From: Octopus vulgaris | Taxonomy: Eukaryota | NCBI GenBank assembly: GCA_951406725.2 | Contig: OX597829.1 | Location: forward strand, 8,432,001 to 8,496,000 | Direction of reading: 5' to 3' | Length of the DNA: 64,000 bases | Notes under the pieces: generated by a model | What the model was told of the DNA's origin: nothing | Database searches by the model: none | What the model saw: the letters and a program-made list of their open reading frames with translations, nothing else | Part shown: positions 47,876-63,249 of the stretch, in pieces | Layout: each line of letters starts with the position of its first letter | How positions within the stretch are numbered: the stretch's first letter is position 1 | Position numbers and translations under genes: made by a program

Positions 47876-50060
47876 TATGGTTTCTATTCATTATACCTTT
47901 ATTTCAGCTGCCTTAGTACCGTTCATCCTCCGGAGGTCAAGAGTAGCAAGGACACATTTGTTTTGTTATGCATGCTAAAATCATCACCATATTTATTCCA
48001 TTTTAGATGGAGAATGCTTTCCCTAGTATATGGGCTGTACCCATCAAGGTTATCTTTTGTAGTTCACGGATATTGGAGTTAGCAGTGAGTTGCCTAATAT
48101 ACTTCTCAGCTCTCTTCTTTATCATTCCCAATGCACCAATTACAACTGGTATTATCATAGTAGTAAGCTTCCACGTTTTTGTGCTTTCAATTTGCAGATC
48201 TTTGTAGTGAGAAAGCTTTTCGTATTCATTTTTTTGAGACACTTTGATCGTGTGGGACTGACAAATCTCTTAACACACAAGTTCCTCTGTTGTAGTCCTT
48301 GATCACAATGTCTGGTTGATTGGGAGGTTCCAAAGGATGGTGACGCCCTCACCATTTTCTACATCCTCTGGATGGTGTCTGTACCACTTATCATGGGATT
48401 TAATTTTGTAGTATTTACAAGCATTCCAGTGGATGTTCTGCCCTAGTCCATCATGTCTTATGAGGTACTCTTTCCAGGGGGTCTGGGTAGCCATAAACAA
48501 CATGATCAATTGTGTCTGTGAATATTTCGCAAATTCTGCGAAATTCTTTAAGGACGTTTGTGTGGTAGTTTCTGGTAGGTAAGTTCTGATCTTGCGCCGC
48601 AATAACAAAACCTGTTTTCCCTTTCAGACCTGTCTCGTAGCCATTGGTGTGTTATATTTTGATCAATATATGGCTTGGACAGGAGGTTAGGATATTTTCC
48701 ATGCAGGGCTTTTCCTTTCCAGTTGTTTTCGGTGTTATTCATGCAAGCCTTCTATGCTTCTTGTTTGATGTTTTCTCCATCAATGATAGGTTTGTCCCTA
48801 TTTAGATCTCTTTGGTTTTCTGGTTGTTAATTTCTAAATCAGGAGAAGCAACGGTAGGTCTTTCAGTATTTGGTTGTCAAGAGACTTTTTAAAATTTTTT
48901 ACTAAGCTTCGTGACAGAAGCTTGCTTGGAATCATCATGCTTCAGAGAAGTTCATAGGAGCACATCACTTGTATTAAGGCTCGTTTCAAGGCCTATTATT
49001 GCTGATTTGAAGGATTGCTCAAGCTCTATCAGGCCTCTTTTGCTTATTTTTCTTGGGAGATAAATCCTGTCTACATCTGATTTTGGATAGTGCATTCGGT
49101 ACCTTGTAGAGATTTTACGGATCTTTCCATCCATATTCTGCATGTCAGCGAGACTCCAATTAATGATACCGAAGCTATATGTAGTCACTCGTATGGCCAA
49201 AGAGTTGATCGCATCAATTCTGTTAGCAGCATTTAATTCTAAGTGTAGGACCAGTCTTATCCTTCGGTTGTATTCCTTGCAGATTTTTTCTTTCATTTTA
49301 GAGTGCTGGATACCATCACCTTCACTGATTCCCAAATATGTTCATACTTCGGATTGATCTAGGTTTCGAATAGCTGTGGTAGAATCAAGTTCTATGTTTT
49401 CTGCCTTTATTAACTTCCCTGCTTTGAAAGTAGCCTTTACACATTTATCAAGTCTGAATTCCATACTTATATCAGAGATGAATTGACAATATTCAGTTCT
49501 TCTAATTCTTTGTTGCTTCCGGCAAACAATTTTAGATCATCCATATAAAGTAAATGATTTTTTTCTGATCAAAGACCTTATACCCTCTCTTAACATTATT
49601 CAATTACGTGGGTAATGGAAACAGAGCGAGGCAGAATAGTAATGGTGATAATGAGTCACATTGAAAGGTGCCACAGGCGTTATTGATGTCTGGTGAGGTT
49701 GTATACCCTTGTGGATGGTTTAAAATGAGTGGAGGTTCTCCTCGAATTCATGATTACTTTTTAAAAGTTCACAATTGCTGGAGATATCTCATAAATTTCT
49801 AGGGCCTTGATGATCCACGCATAGGGGGCACTGTCAAAAGCTTTCTTGTAATCTATCCAAGCGGTGTTAAGTTTTCTGCGTTAGGATTTACAATTTTCAG
49901 TGACCATTTAACAACCAGTAATTGGTCCTAACATCCATATGAACTCCTTTTACATCCCTTTTGTGCCTCTGGGAATAACTTCCTATTGTCCAAGAGGGCA
50001 CCATGCATTGTCATTGCCTTTCGGGTAGTGCGATCGAGTTGGTCAATCTCAGCTTTATTA
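47876..50060 (-). mobile_element. Decayed R4/Dong LINE (family G), RT to 3' end
   Basis: FPEAQKGCKRSSYGC, WIDYKKAFDS, HLLYMDDLKL, RHD, IPVVIGALG, GTAHILGKAFSI*; (TAA)n tail on the - strand. Confidence 0.85.
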
Positions 50061-50159
50061 TCATCATCATTATTATAATTATTATTATTATTATTAGTAG
50101 TAGTAGTAGTAGTAGTAGCAGCAGCAGGCAGCGGTAGTAGTAGTAGTAGTAGTAGTAGT

Positions 50160-50238
<79 letters not shown>

Positions 50239-50254
50239 TAATTATTATTACTAT

Positions 50255-50487
50255 AAGGCAGTGAGCTGACAGAAACGTTAGCACGCCGGGCGAAATGCGT
50301 AGCCGTATTTCGTCTGCTGTTACGTTCTGGGTTCGAATTCCGCCGAGGTCGACTTTGCCTTTCATCCTTTCGGGGTAGATTAATTAAGTACCAGTTACGC
50401 ACTGGGGTCGATGTAATCGACTTAATCCGCTTGTCTGTCCTTGTTTGTCCCCTCTGTGTTTAGCCCCTTGTGGGTAGTAAAGAAATA
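50255..50487 (+). mobile_element. Full-length Meta/MESC-like tRNA SINE
   Basis: A-box-like head, B box ggttcgaattcc, core gactttgcctttcatcctttcgggg, (ATT)n tail. Confidence 0.85.
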
Positions 50488-50490
50488 ATA

Positions 50491-50521
<31 letters not shown>

Positions 50522-51073
50522 GAGTGAGAGAGCAGTGCATGCCATCAAAGTGACACTGGGGTAAAATATACGAAACCCAGTACATCATGACTACACATCT
50601 GATAAGGGTACACTAGGCACATGCATCACAACCATGTGTGCGCGACATGGTGATCTAATATCAAGATAAACAGCACATGACCTTGCAGGTGGGGCCCAGT
50701 TAGAATTTTCTTCTGGTCAAGTAGCCCATCCCGTTCAAAAGGTCCATGGATAAGGGCTGTTTAAGGATGTTGAACGAAACACCCATGTTTCCAGAGGAGA
50801 ATTATTCAAACCCCAAAGAATCCCTCTCAACACATGGCTATGATGCTCCCCCACTACTTCTGCTCGTGATCAGAGATGCACATATCGTCAGCCACTAAGG
50901 GACATGCTCAACTGGTTAAGGTCAAGCAACTGACAAGCAAATCTGTGGTATTGAGCAGAATATTTGCTGTTGTCCATCTTTTATGCCAAGACAAAACAAT
51001 GTACATGATAACACTTCCAATCGGTTAAGATCAGAAGCCACGAGAGTCAGTGCCTGGTACTGCATCAGAGCAT
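50522..51073 (-). mobile_element. ~550-bp (TAA)n-targeted element, copy 7 (full length)
   Basis: Both termini present; preceded by (GAA)n and followed by (AAT)n on the - strand. Confidence 0.9.
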
Positions 51074-51169
51074 TTCTTCTTCTTCTTCTTCTTCTTCTTC
51101 TTCTTCTTCTTCTTCTTCTTCTTCTTCTTCTTCTTCTTCTTCTTCTTCTTCTTCTTCTTCTTCTTCTTC

Positions 51170-51450
51170 TTTCTTTTCTGTAAATTTGAAACAGCTCAGG
51201 TTTTGCCTTATTCATTGTGAGTAGCGGGTTACTAACTGTTATTTTAGGTATCCATATGTTTTCGGCAGCCTTTCAAATGCTTAGAACCCTCCTGGAAATC
51301 CTTGCTGTCCCTAAGAGATAAACTTTTTGTAGGAGACCTACCAGGTTTTCTATTTCAATCTCCATTGGCCATTTCTCTACATCTTGTCTTACTGTCCCCG
51401 ACGCACCAATTACTACAGGCACGACTTTTACAGTTCGCATGCTCTGCCTT
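51170..51450 (-). mobile_element. R4/Dong 3' end (family D)
   Basis: Near-identical to 9990-10287, inverted. Confidence 0.85.
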
Positions 51451-51475
51451 TTTTTTTTTTTTTGTTTTCCTCTGA

Positions 51476-51992
51476 TCTGTGAGTCTGGTATTTCTGAAGA
51501 TATCTCTTCTGACATTTGCTAATATGTTTTCATCCCGGTTTGGTCTGCTAGCTGTATACCGGCTCCTCCAAATTCTGTAGGAGTTTGCGGTATGTTTCTC
51601 TTGGATTGGCCTACTTAATGCAAAGTAATAAGCATATATTACTTCTTTATATTCTTCCCGGTTCCATTTAGTTCTTTTACACTTTTCTGGTCGTTGTGGT
51701 GGTGGACTTTGGGAGCTTAATTTTGGACAAACCCCGTTTAAGTGACCTTCCAGGTTCGTATTTGGGGAAGATATTCTGCCATTTGAAAATCTTTGCCATC
51801 AGGCTGGCAGCCCCCTGACGGGCGCACCTCCTATATAACCATTGGACAAGCGATTCGGTGTACTGTTTGAAACATTCTTTTCTTTTTAAGTAAAGGTAAA
51901 TTATTATTAAATTTTCATGTTTTAAAATATTTTCTATTTATTTATTTAATTATTTATTTTTAACCACTAATTTTCATACAGGGACGGCATCT
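51476..51992 (-). mobile_element. R4/Dong 5' end, second copy
   Basis: Near-identical to ~47230-47700, with ~55 extra bp. Confidence 0.8.
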
Positions 51993-52209
51993 ATCATCAT
52001 TAGCAGCAGCAGCAGCAGTAGTAATAGTAGTAATAGTAATAATAGTAGCAATATCGTTATTAGCAGTAGTAGCGGTAGTGGTAATAGCAGTAGTAATGGC
52101 AGCAGCAATAGCAGCAGTAGCCGTAGTAGCAGCAGCTGTAGCAGCAATAGTAGTAGTAGCAACAGCAGCAGTAGCAGCAATAGTAGTAGTAGCAACAGCA
52201 GTAGTAGCA

Positions 52210-52305
<96 letters not shown>

Positions 52306-53134
52306 ATAAGTGCGGCACATGTATTTTTTTTAAAAGTGGGATGTGGTCCGATCGGTCAAAAAGAGTTGAAATGTCTACTACATTGTTGTTGGAACTTGCG
52401 AACAGTGACCCTGTCCTTCAGAAAAATTAAGGAAGGGCCGACTTACTCTGTTCTGTATTATTTGTGAATAGAGTTGTGTTCGATCAGAGAGAATCTATTA
52501 TTAGAATCATTTTTTTTTTCTCAACGTGCATTTCTGTTATTGCAGTAAAAAGTTTGTTTGCATATTTCGGGTAGTCAGGGAGAAAATAAAGGTAATATTG
52601 CAGAGACTGAAGTTGACTTTCTTTTGTTTGTAGGTCCAGTTAGAGAAAACAGTAATGTTTCTGCAATAAAATGGATGCTTACAGTTATTCTTGAATAAGG
52701 TATCCATACGTTTTCGTATGGGAAGAAGGAAAGAAAAGTCAAATTTTCACAGAGAATTTTAAGATTCACCAAAGATAGTCTTTTGTAAGTCCACACAAAG
52801 AAAAGTGTGATGTTTTTAGAAAGAAGGGGGAGAAAAAGCTTGTTTACAGAGGGAATGATGAGTATTCAAGGCATTTGTGGATATTAAAGTTTTTAAAGCT
52901 GATCGTTTGTTTGAAAACTGTAGATATGTAAATTTGTAAATTTCTTAACTTATTTTGAAGAGAATTTTAAATACTCACAGGATATTGAAGATTTTCCAGT
53001 CTTTGAGAGTTATTTTTTCCCCGTTGTCCCGCTGGGTCATATTAGTGTTTCCATGGCTTTCAGCTACTGAATGGTCAGAGCAGTGAGGAACACGTCCAGC
53101 CATTGTCAAGGCTGGTGCTCCTCCTCCGCCTCCC

Positions 53135-53202
<68 letters not shown>

Positions 53203-53235
53203 GCCTCCCATTATTATATTATTTTATTATTATTA

Positions 53236-53401
<166 letters not shown>

Positions 53402-53472
53402 GTATTAGTATTATTATTAGTTTTATTATTATTATTATTAGTATTAGTATTATTATAAGTATTATTATTATC

Positions 53473-53539
<67 letters not shown>

Positions 53540-53541
<2 letters not shown>

Positions 53542-54950
53542 TAGTTTTATTTTATAACGTGCTTTCACTTCACTACCGAGCGCAGCTCTGTGTGTCTTGG
53601 ATATCTGCTGTGGTTTGGTTTGATGCTCTTATGGTTACTGTATTGGAAGTGTTTTGTGTAGGATGTGTGCAGTGTCAAGTGGTGCAATTTTCTGTATGTT
53701 ATATATATTTGTAAGTCCTGGTGTTTTTGTTATGCATTTATCTGAAAATAATTTTTTATCATACCTAATTCGCCTACAATGATAAGAATTGTATCTGTTT
53801 TAAGATTCTACATTCAAGTTACCTCTATTTCCAGGTCTTTTTATTTTGAGAGTTTCTCCATTTCTTTTAGAGACACGTTGTCATCTGCCGGTATTGATAC
53901 ATCAATTAGAAAACATTTTTTTTCTTCATGATCTCTGACAACTATATCTGGTCTGTTGGCCTTAATTTCTCTATCTGTGTGTATTGGCATATCCCAGATT
54001 ATGGTTACTTTCTCATTTTATGTGACCTTTTCTGGTGTTTGCTTATACCATCTTTTTTCTATTGTTACTCCATAGTGTTGGCATAGATTCCAGTGTAAGT
54101 AGGTCCCATCGTTTTATCATGGTCCGTTGCTGTTCTAGCTTTAGTTTGGATTTCATTTGTTTTATAGCTTTTGTTGTTTCTTCTTCCACATATTTGTTAC
54201 GTAATATGATTTCTTGTTTGTATTTGTCAGCTTCCTTAAATATTGAGGACTGTTTTTTTCCTCGTGATTTGTGGTAATTTGTATTAGTTTTCCTTGCTTC
54301 TGAAGTAGGTATTTTTGCAGTCCTATGGTGGTTATTTTAAAATAGTTTTCTAGCTGTATAAGGCTTCTACCACCTTCTCTACGTTGTATATATAGCCTTT
54401 CTATGTCAGATTTTGGCAGGTGCATCCTAGATCCTGTCATTATTTTTCTTGTTTTCCTGTCTATTTTGGTTAGTTCATTTAGTAACCAGTTAAGGATATT
54501 GTATCTGTAACTTATAACTGGGACGGCTAAAGTGTTAATACCTATTATCTTGTTTTTAGCATTCAGCTCTGTTTTTAGTATTGATCTAACTCGTCTATAG
54601 TATTCCTTCTTTATTTTGTCTTGTATTTGTGTGTGTTGTATCATATCTAGTTCATGGATTCCTAAATATTTGTAAGTCTGGCTTTGGTCTAATTCTTTTA
54701 TTTCATTGGCTTTATCTAGGGTGATGTTGCTACTCTTAACTAGTTTCCCTCTTTCAGGGTTACTTTGACTTTTTTCTAATCCAAATTTCATATCTATTTG
54801 TTAGGTAAATCCATGTACTGTCTGTAGTAGTGTTTCCAGCTGTTTATCATTTCCAGCGTATGGTTTTAGGTCATCCATATATAAAAGGTGGCTGATCGTT
54901 TTGCCGTAACATTTGTATCTGCATCCAGTTCTATATAGCACATTATAGGT
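53540..54950 (-). mobile_element. R4/Dong family A, internally deleted copy
   Basis: Closely similar to 32000-33698 (HLLYMDDLK, KYLGIHELD, same 3'UTR). Confidence 0.9.
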
Positions 54951-54972
54951 GTCAGTGCTAAGTAGAAAAGGA

Positions 54973-55023
<51 letters not shown>

Positions 55024-55049
55024 GTTGTTGTTGTTGTTGTTGTTATTGC

Positions 55050-55124
<75 letters not shown>

Positions 55125-55128
55125 CATC

Positions 55129-55163
<35 letters not shown>

Positions 55164-55239
55164 CATTATCATTATCAATATCATTATTATTGTTATTATT
55201 ATTATTATCATTATCATCATCATGATTATTACTACTACA

Positions 55240-56305
<1,066 letters not shown>

Positions 56306-56319
56306 GGTGCAACCTCTTA

Positions 56320-57599
56320 AAATTATTCAAAGGAGGAGTGAATTATAAATATCTAGGAGTACTATAATCTTACAGAGTACTTACTATAGAAATGGAAACG
56401 AAAATTGAGAAGGAGTACATCAGAAGTGTAAGAGAGCTAATGAAGTCAAAGCTAAATGGTCAGAATCTAGTGAAGGCTGTAAATACTTGGGAAGCGTCAG
56501 TACGTAGGTACGCAAGCAGCTTTTGTAGATTCGACAAAAACTGAATTAGCAAAGCTAGACAGAAGAACTAGGAAGGAATTCAATATGAATAGAGGACTCC
56601 ATCCAAATGCAGGAGTAGTGAGGAAGGTGGATATGGGTTAATATCAGTGGAAGACTGCGTGGAGTAAGCTAGAGTAAATATAGAGTCCTATGTAGGTAAT
56701 AGGGAAGAAAGTTTATTAAAAGCTAATAGAGTCACAGCATGGCATAGGGAAACCAAAAACCCAAAATGAAGTTAAAAACCAGAAAAAAGAACATAAATTA
56801 TCTGACTGACAGGAGGTGTTGCATGGTAGATTCCCTATGATAGTTGCTGCAAATGGTAGTAGTGAGACATGGATATGGTTGCGAAAAGAAAGACTGAAAA
56901 AGGTAGATAGCATGTTTGTTAATAACAGCACAAGCTCAAGCATAAAGAACTAATTGGATAAAAGCCAAAATAGAAAGAAACCAAGTAGATTCCTAAAGTA
57001 GTTTATGCAAATCAAAAACGGAAAGCGTTACTCATATAGTAAGTGAATGTAGCATACTGGCACAGAAGGAATACAATAAAAGATATGACAAGCTAGGGAG
57101 AGTAATCCACTGGGATTTACGTAGAAAGCTAGGATTTGAACATACTGAGAAATGGTATGAACCTAGTAAAGTACTAGAAAGTAATAAATACAAGATGTGG
57201 TGAGACTTAACAAACTAACAGAGAAATAGAAGCTTGAAGCCTGATTTAGTAGTTGTAGATAATTGCCAGATAATTGACTTTACAGTCATAAATGATGAAA
57301 ACATCAATATAAGAGGTATAGAGAAAATCACAAAGTACCAGAACTAAGCCATTGAATTGAAGAGACTGTGGAAAGTGCGGGTAAAATGTATCCCAGTAAT
57401 TATGGGTGCATTGGGAAATATCCATAAATATTTGTACAGATGGATACAGGAAACAGGTATAAAACCTACTTTAGTAGAACCGGTTTTAGGGACAGCTGGG
57501 ATACTTAGAAGGGTTCTTGGCATCGAATGTTACTTGTTGTAACCCGATGTTAGGTTTATTTCTTTTACAACAGTCAAATCTGCTGTGTGTATATGAAAC

Positions 57600-57600
<1 letters not shown>
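56320..57600 (+). mobile_element. Decayed R4/Dong 3' portion (family F)
   Basis: YKYLGVL, KSKLNGQNLVKAVNTW, KPDLVVVD, CIPVIMGALG, LGTAGILRRVL; (TAA)n tail. Confidence 0.8.
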
Positions 57601-57637
<37 letters not shown>

Positions 57638-57644
57638 TTGATGT

Positions 57645-57690
<46 letters not shown>

Positions 57691-57769
57691 ATCAACAACA
57701 ACAACAACGACAACAACAACAACGACAACAACAACAACAACAACAACAACAACACTAATAATAATAATA

Positions 57770-58019
57770 TCCCTGCGAGAAGTACAAAAGATTGTCTTAA
57801 CTGGTACATCACACGTATTGAGAAGAGCATTGTCGATGTGAGAACTATTACTACCCATCTATTTTAATTTAACTTTAAAAAAATAAAATAAAATAATGAA
57901 GAAACTAGTGAGTTTAGTTTAATGGTCTACCAATGTATGCTATGAGTTTCTTTGCCCTAGGAGTCGGGAAGACACTCGGCAAGAAATGGAAGCAAATTTG
58001 AAAGAAGAAGAAAAAAAAG

Positions 58020-58020
<1 letters not shown>
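57770..58020 (+). mobile_element. R4/Dong family C extreme 3' end
   Basis: EVQKIVLTGTSHVLRRALSM* plus 3'UTR as at 2108-2290. Confidence 0.85.
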
Positions 58021-58089
<69 letters not shown>

Positions 58090-58113
58090 TAATAATAATA
58101 ATAATAATAATAA

Positions 58114-58659
58114 ATGTCCTGATTCAATTACCAGGCAGTGGCTCATACGGCTTATGATCTTAACTGATTGGAAGTGTTATTATGTACATTGTTTTGTCTT
58201 GGTATTAAAGATGGCCTACAGCAAATATTTTGCTCAATACCACAGATTTACTTGTCAGTTGTTTGACCATAACCAGTTGAGCATGTCCCTTAGTGGCTGA
58301 TGATATGTGCATCTCTGATCACGAGCAGAAGTAGTGGGGTAACATCATAGCCATGTGTTGAGAGGGATTCTTTGGGGTTTTAATAATTCACCTCTGGAAA
58401 CATGGGTGTTTCATTCAACATCCTTATTCAGGGACCCTTTGAGCGGAATGGGTTACTCGACCAGAAGAAAATTCTAACTGGGCCCCAACTGCAAGGTCAT
58501 GTGCTGTTTATCTTGATATGAGATCACCATGTCGCGCACATATGGTTGTGATGCATGTGCCTAGTGTACCCTTATCAGACGGGTAGTCATGATGGGTATA
58601 CTGGGCTTCGCATATTTTATCCCAGTGTCACTTTTATGGCATGTACTGCTCTCTCACTC
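58114..58659 (+). mobile_element. ~550-bp (TAA)n-targeted element, copy 8 (full length)
   Basis: (AAT)n on both sides; same termini as the other copies. Confidence 0.9.
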
Positions 58660-58745
<86 letters not shown>

Positions 58746-58746
58746 T

Positions 58747-58779
<33 letters not shown>

Positions 58780-58920
58780 AATAATAATAATAATAATAAT
58801 AATAACGATAATAATGATGATAATAACAATAATGATGATGATGATGATGATTATGACGACGGCGACGACGACGACGATGAAGATGACGATGACGATGATG
58901 ATGATGATGATGATGATGAT

Positions 58921-61754
58921 TTAAAATGAATCATTGCGAACGGCGATTTCAATATTAACTGAGCTAATCTCTGGATATGGTGTAAGATCAAGAAAAGGCA
59001 GGAATATTGTGAGAAAATATGGACTCGCAACAAGAGAAGAACTAATGTCAGCGAAAGAAACACCTAAACAAAAAGTTCAAGCAAAAGCTCAGAGAATACG
59101 CAGATTTGAGAAAAGAATCAAATGCTACAAACAAAATAAGATGTTCAAATCCAATGCCAAATCATTTTACAGGGAAATAGGGAAAGAAAAAAATAACCAT
59201 TGAAAATCCACCCCTAATGGAAGAAGTTGAAAACTTTTGGAAGGGGATCTGGAGTGATGAGAAACAATACAACGAAAATGCAGAGTGGATCAAACGCACC
59301 CAAGATGACTACAAAAATGTACAAAAACAGGTATGGGAAGACATCTCAATCACCGACTTAAGGAGGGCACTAACGAAGGCTCATAAGTGGAAATCCTCTA
59401 GTATTGATAGAGTACCAAATTTCTGGCTCTCATCACTCTCGTCCGCACACAAAATGTTAGTAATACTATTTAATAGTATTATAAAAGACACGAATGGCAA
59501 AATGGTATTACTTACCTCCTCCCCCAAAATAACAAAACGAAAGAACCAAAAAACTACCGGCCTATAACATGTTTGTCTATTACCTATAAGATTTTGACAA
59601 CTATTCTAGTGGAGAAAATATATACGTTTATGGAAGGGAATAACCTCTTTCCCACTGAAAAAGGATGCAGACGAGGATCATACGGATGCAAAGATCAGCT
59701 CCTAATTAATCGATGATCCTTGAGAACTGCCATAACAAGCGCAGAAATCTCAGCTCTTCATGGATTGACAGCATACCACATTCGTGGATTCTGAAATCGC
59801 TGGACACTTTCAAAATTTCTCCTGTGATTTCAGATTTTTTAAAGTATAATATGTCACTATGGAACACGAAGCTCCAATAATATCATTCTAATGAAGTATT
59901 GCGCTCAAACAATATTGGCATAAACTGTGGCATTTTCCAATGTGACTCACTTCACCACTAAGTTTCTGCGTAGCACTAATACCACTCTCAAGTGAACTGA
60001 ATAGAACAGGGTATGGCTACAAAATTGACAACAGGAAAATAAGCCATCTATTTTATATGGATGATTTAAAACTATAGTGCAAGGATGACGAAGAGCTTGG
60101 AGGACTCTTACATACTGTGAAAGGATTCAGTGATGATATCGGGAAATGATATCAGTGATGATATTGGCCCTGAAAAGTGTGCCAAACACTTTTAAGAAAG
60201 GGAAATTGGTAAAGTCAAGTTCAGTCGAATTAGATGTCGAAACAGGAACAAACCTATTAATACCTAAGAATAAATGAAAACACTGATATCCAGCATGCAA
60301 GCATGAAAAAGAAGGTTAGGAAGGAATGTTATTGAAGAGATCGAGCAATCCTGAAGTGTGAGCTGAATGCATATAATAAGGTGTTAGCCATAAATTCCTT
60401 AGCAGTACCAGTTGTTCTGTATAGCTTCAATGTGCTTAACTGGAATACTAGTGAAATAATGAAAATTGACAGAAAAATCCGCAAGCTACTGACTTGTAAT
60501 AATATGCACCATCCAAAGGCAGGCGTGAATCATCTTTACCTTCCCAGAGCTCAGGGAGGTCGAGGTTCGATCCAGCTTGAACTTACATACAAAGCCACCA
60601 CAATCGGACTGGCCAAATACCCTGAAGCAACCAACGATTGGATGCTAAAAATTGTTGAAAAACATGAAAGACCGAAAAAACTTCACTCTATTCTCAAAGA
60701 GAGCAAAAACTTTGCTGCTGATCTCTTAGATACCCACCTGATTGATCAGGCTGAAGGAAATGCGCCAACTGCTGCTGCAAAGAAAAGAAAATTAATTGCA
60801 AAGACAAAAGCACATAAAAAATTAGCTAGCTGTTGGGAACAGAAACCTCTGCATGGCAAGTATGTGGCCCGTAGCAAACAAGCTGACGTCGACCAGAAAC
60901 ACACGCACCAATGGTTACGAAGCTCAGGGCTAAAGCAGAGAGTGAAGGTTTCATATTAGCTGCTCAAGACCAAAGCTTATTAACCCGGAACTACAAAGCC
61001 AATGTGATAAAAAATGGAGCTGATCCAAAATGCCGATTCTGTAACGATGAGATTGAAACAATAGACCTCCTAATCTCAGGGTGTAAAGTCTTAGCACCTG
61101 CAGAATGACATGACAGAGTCGGCCAGTATTTACATTGGACAATATGTCGGCATTATAAAATACAAACCGCTGACAAATGGTATAAACGCCATCCTGAAGC
61201 TGTGGCTGAGTGAGAAAATGTGTCGAGTCTATAGGACTTTCCCGTACATATCGACAGAACTATAAAAGCTAATAAACCGGATAATATTATAAAAGATCAT
61301 ACAAGAAAAATGTGTTTATTAATTGACATGAGTTTACCTTGCGATTACAATATATCAGCGAAAGAATTTTTAACAAGATTAGTAAATATAAAGACCTGCT
61401 AATAGAAACTGAAAAAAAGTGGCATCTCAAGGCGACTACAGTACCGGTGATTGTAGGGTATCTAGGAATGATAAAAAAAAGGTACTGAAACCTATTTGAA
61501 AATGATTCCAGGCTTACCATCCCTACAGGAAGTGCAAAAAATCGTGTTAACTGGAACGGCTCATGTACTGAGGAAGAGCATTATTGCTGTGAAAATAACA
61601 TCCATTCATGAATTTATTTATTTATTAATTTTTTGAATACATATTTTATCTGTGAATTTGCGTGCGCAATCTGGGAATGCATACAATGAGCTTCTCTGCC
61701 CTAGGTGTACAGAAAACACTCGGCGAGAAACGGAAGAAAACTTTAAGAAGGGAA

Positions 61755-61755
<1 letters not shown>
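58921..61755 (+). mobile_element. Decayed R4/Dong LINE (family C-related), RT-CCHC-RLE
   Basis: KAQRIRRFEKR, KNYRPITC, HLFYMDDLKL, CRFC..ETID, ANKPDN, terminal GTAHVLR; multiple frameshifts; (TAA)n tail. Confidence 0.88.
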
Positions 61756-61804
<49 letters not shown>

Positions 61805-61826
61805 CAACAACAACAACAACAAAAAC

Positions 61827-61914
<88 letters not shown>

Positions 61915-62273
61915 TTATGATAGCGAAAGGGGCTGATTGCTACCTAACTCAGATACCAGGAAACCCCAAAATGGAAGAAATTCAAAAGATAGTGCTCATG
62001 GGAACTGCTCATATCCTACGCAAAATACTCTCTATGTAATCTCAAGGTTTAAAACAAACTTTAAAAAATTTTTTTTTTATTTATGTATTAGACATTCACT
62101 AGTACAACACCAAAAAAAAAACTCCCAAATATATGGCACACTAGGCATAACAACAACGTGAACTTCCAACCTGTTGTCTCTTGAGGTCTCTGGGTGAGAC
62201 TTGGAGCCAACTTGTACAAACATAAAGCAAAAGTCAAACATAGAATAATAATAATAATAATAATGATGATGAT

Positions 62274-62326
<53 letters not shown>

Positions 62327-62405
62327 TAACAATAATAATAATAATAATAACAATAATAGTAGTAATAGTAATAATAAAAATAAAAATAAAAATAATGATA
62401 ATCAC

Positions 62406-62463
<58 letters not shown>

Positions 62464-62478
62464 TTAATAATAATATTA

Positions 62479-62550
<72 letters not shown>

Positions 62551-62590
62551 GTAGTGGTGGTGGTGGTGGTGGTGGTGGTGATGATGATGG

Positions 62591-62636
<46 letters not shown>

Positions 62637-62674
62637 GGTGATGATGATGGTGATGGTGATGATGATGGTGATGG

Positions 62675-62706
<32 letters not shown>

Positions 62707-62723
62707 GCGATGACGACGACGAC

Positions 62724-62756
<33 letters not shown>

Positions 62757-63121
62757 AATAATAATAATAATTATTATTATTATTATTATAAACGCATCTG
62801 GCAAGACCTATCAAAAACTGAGCAAGTATAAAGATCTTGATATAGAATTAGCAAAATGTAGAACCTCAAGACTAGAACAATACCTGTTCTCATGGATACT
62901 CTACGAATGATAGCAAAAGGGGCTTATTCCTACCTAGCTCAGATACCAAGAAACTCCGAAAAGAAGAAATTCAAAAGATAGTGCTTATGGGAACTGTCCA
63001 TATCCTACGTAAAATACTATGTAATCTGAAATTTTAAAACAAATATAATTTTCTTATGGTTTCTTAAACATTCTCTCGAACAAAACTATGTACAAAACCC
63101 AATATATGGCAACCTAAGCAT
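61915..63121 (+). mobile_element. Two R4/Dong family B 3' ends (61915-62243, 62790-63121) separated by TAA/TGA microsatellite
   Basis: EEIQKIVLMGTAHILRKILSM* and 3'UTR as at 35790-35974. Confidence 0.85.
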
Positions 63122-63249
63122 AAGAGGTAGGAGCTGAAAGCAGTTTATACGAGGTTAGGCGTAAACGCTCTGAGTCTTGGTTAGCAAGATGGCGTTACGA
63201 TAAACACGTTAGTGATTGCACAACCTTACAGATTCAAACTTTAAATGAG

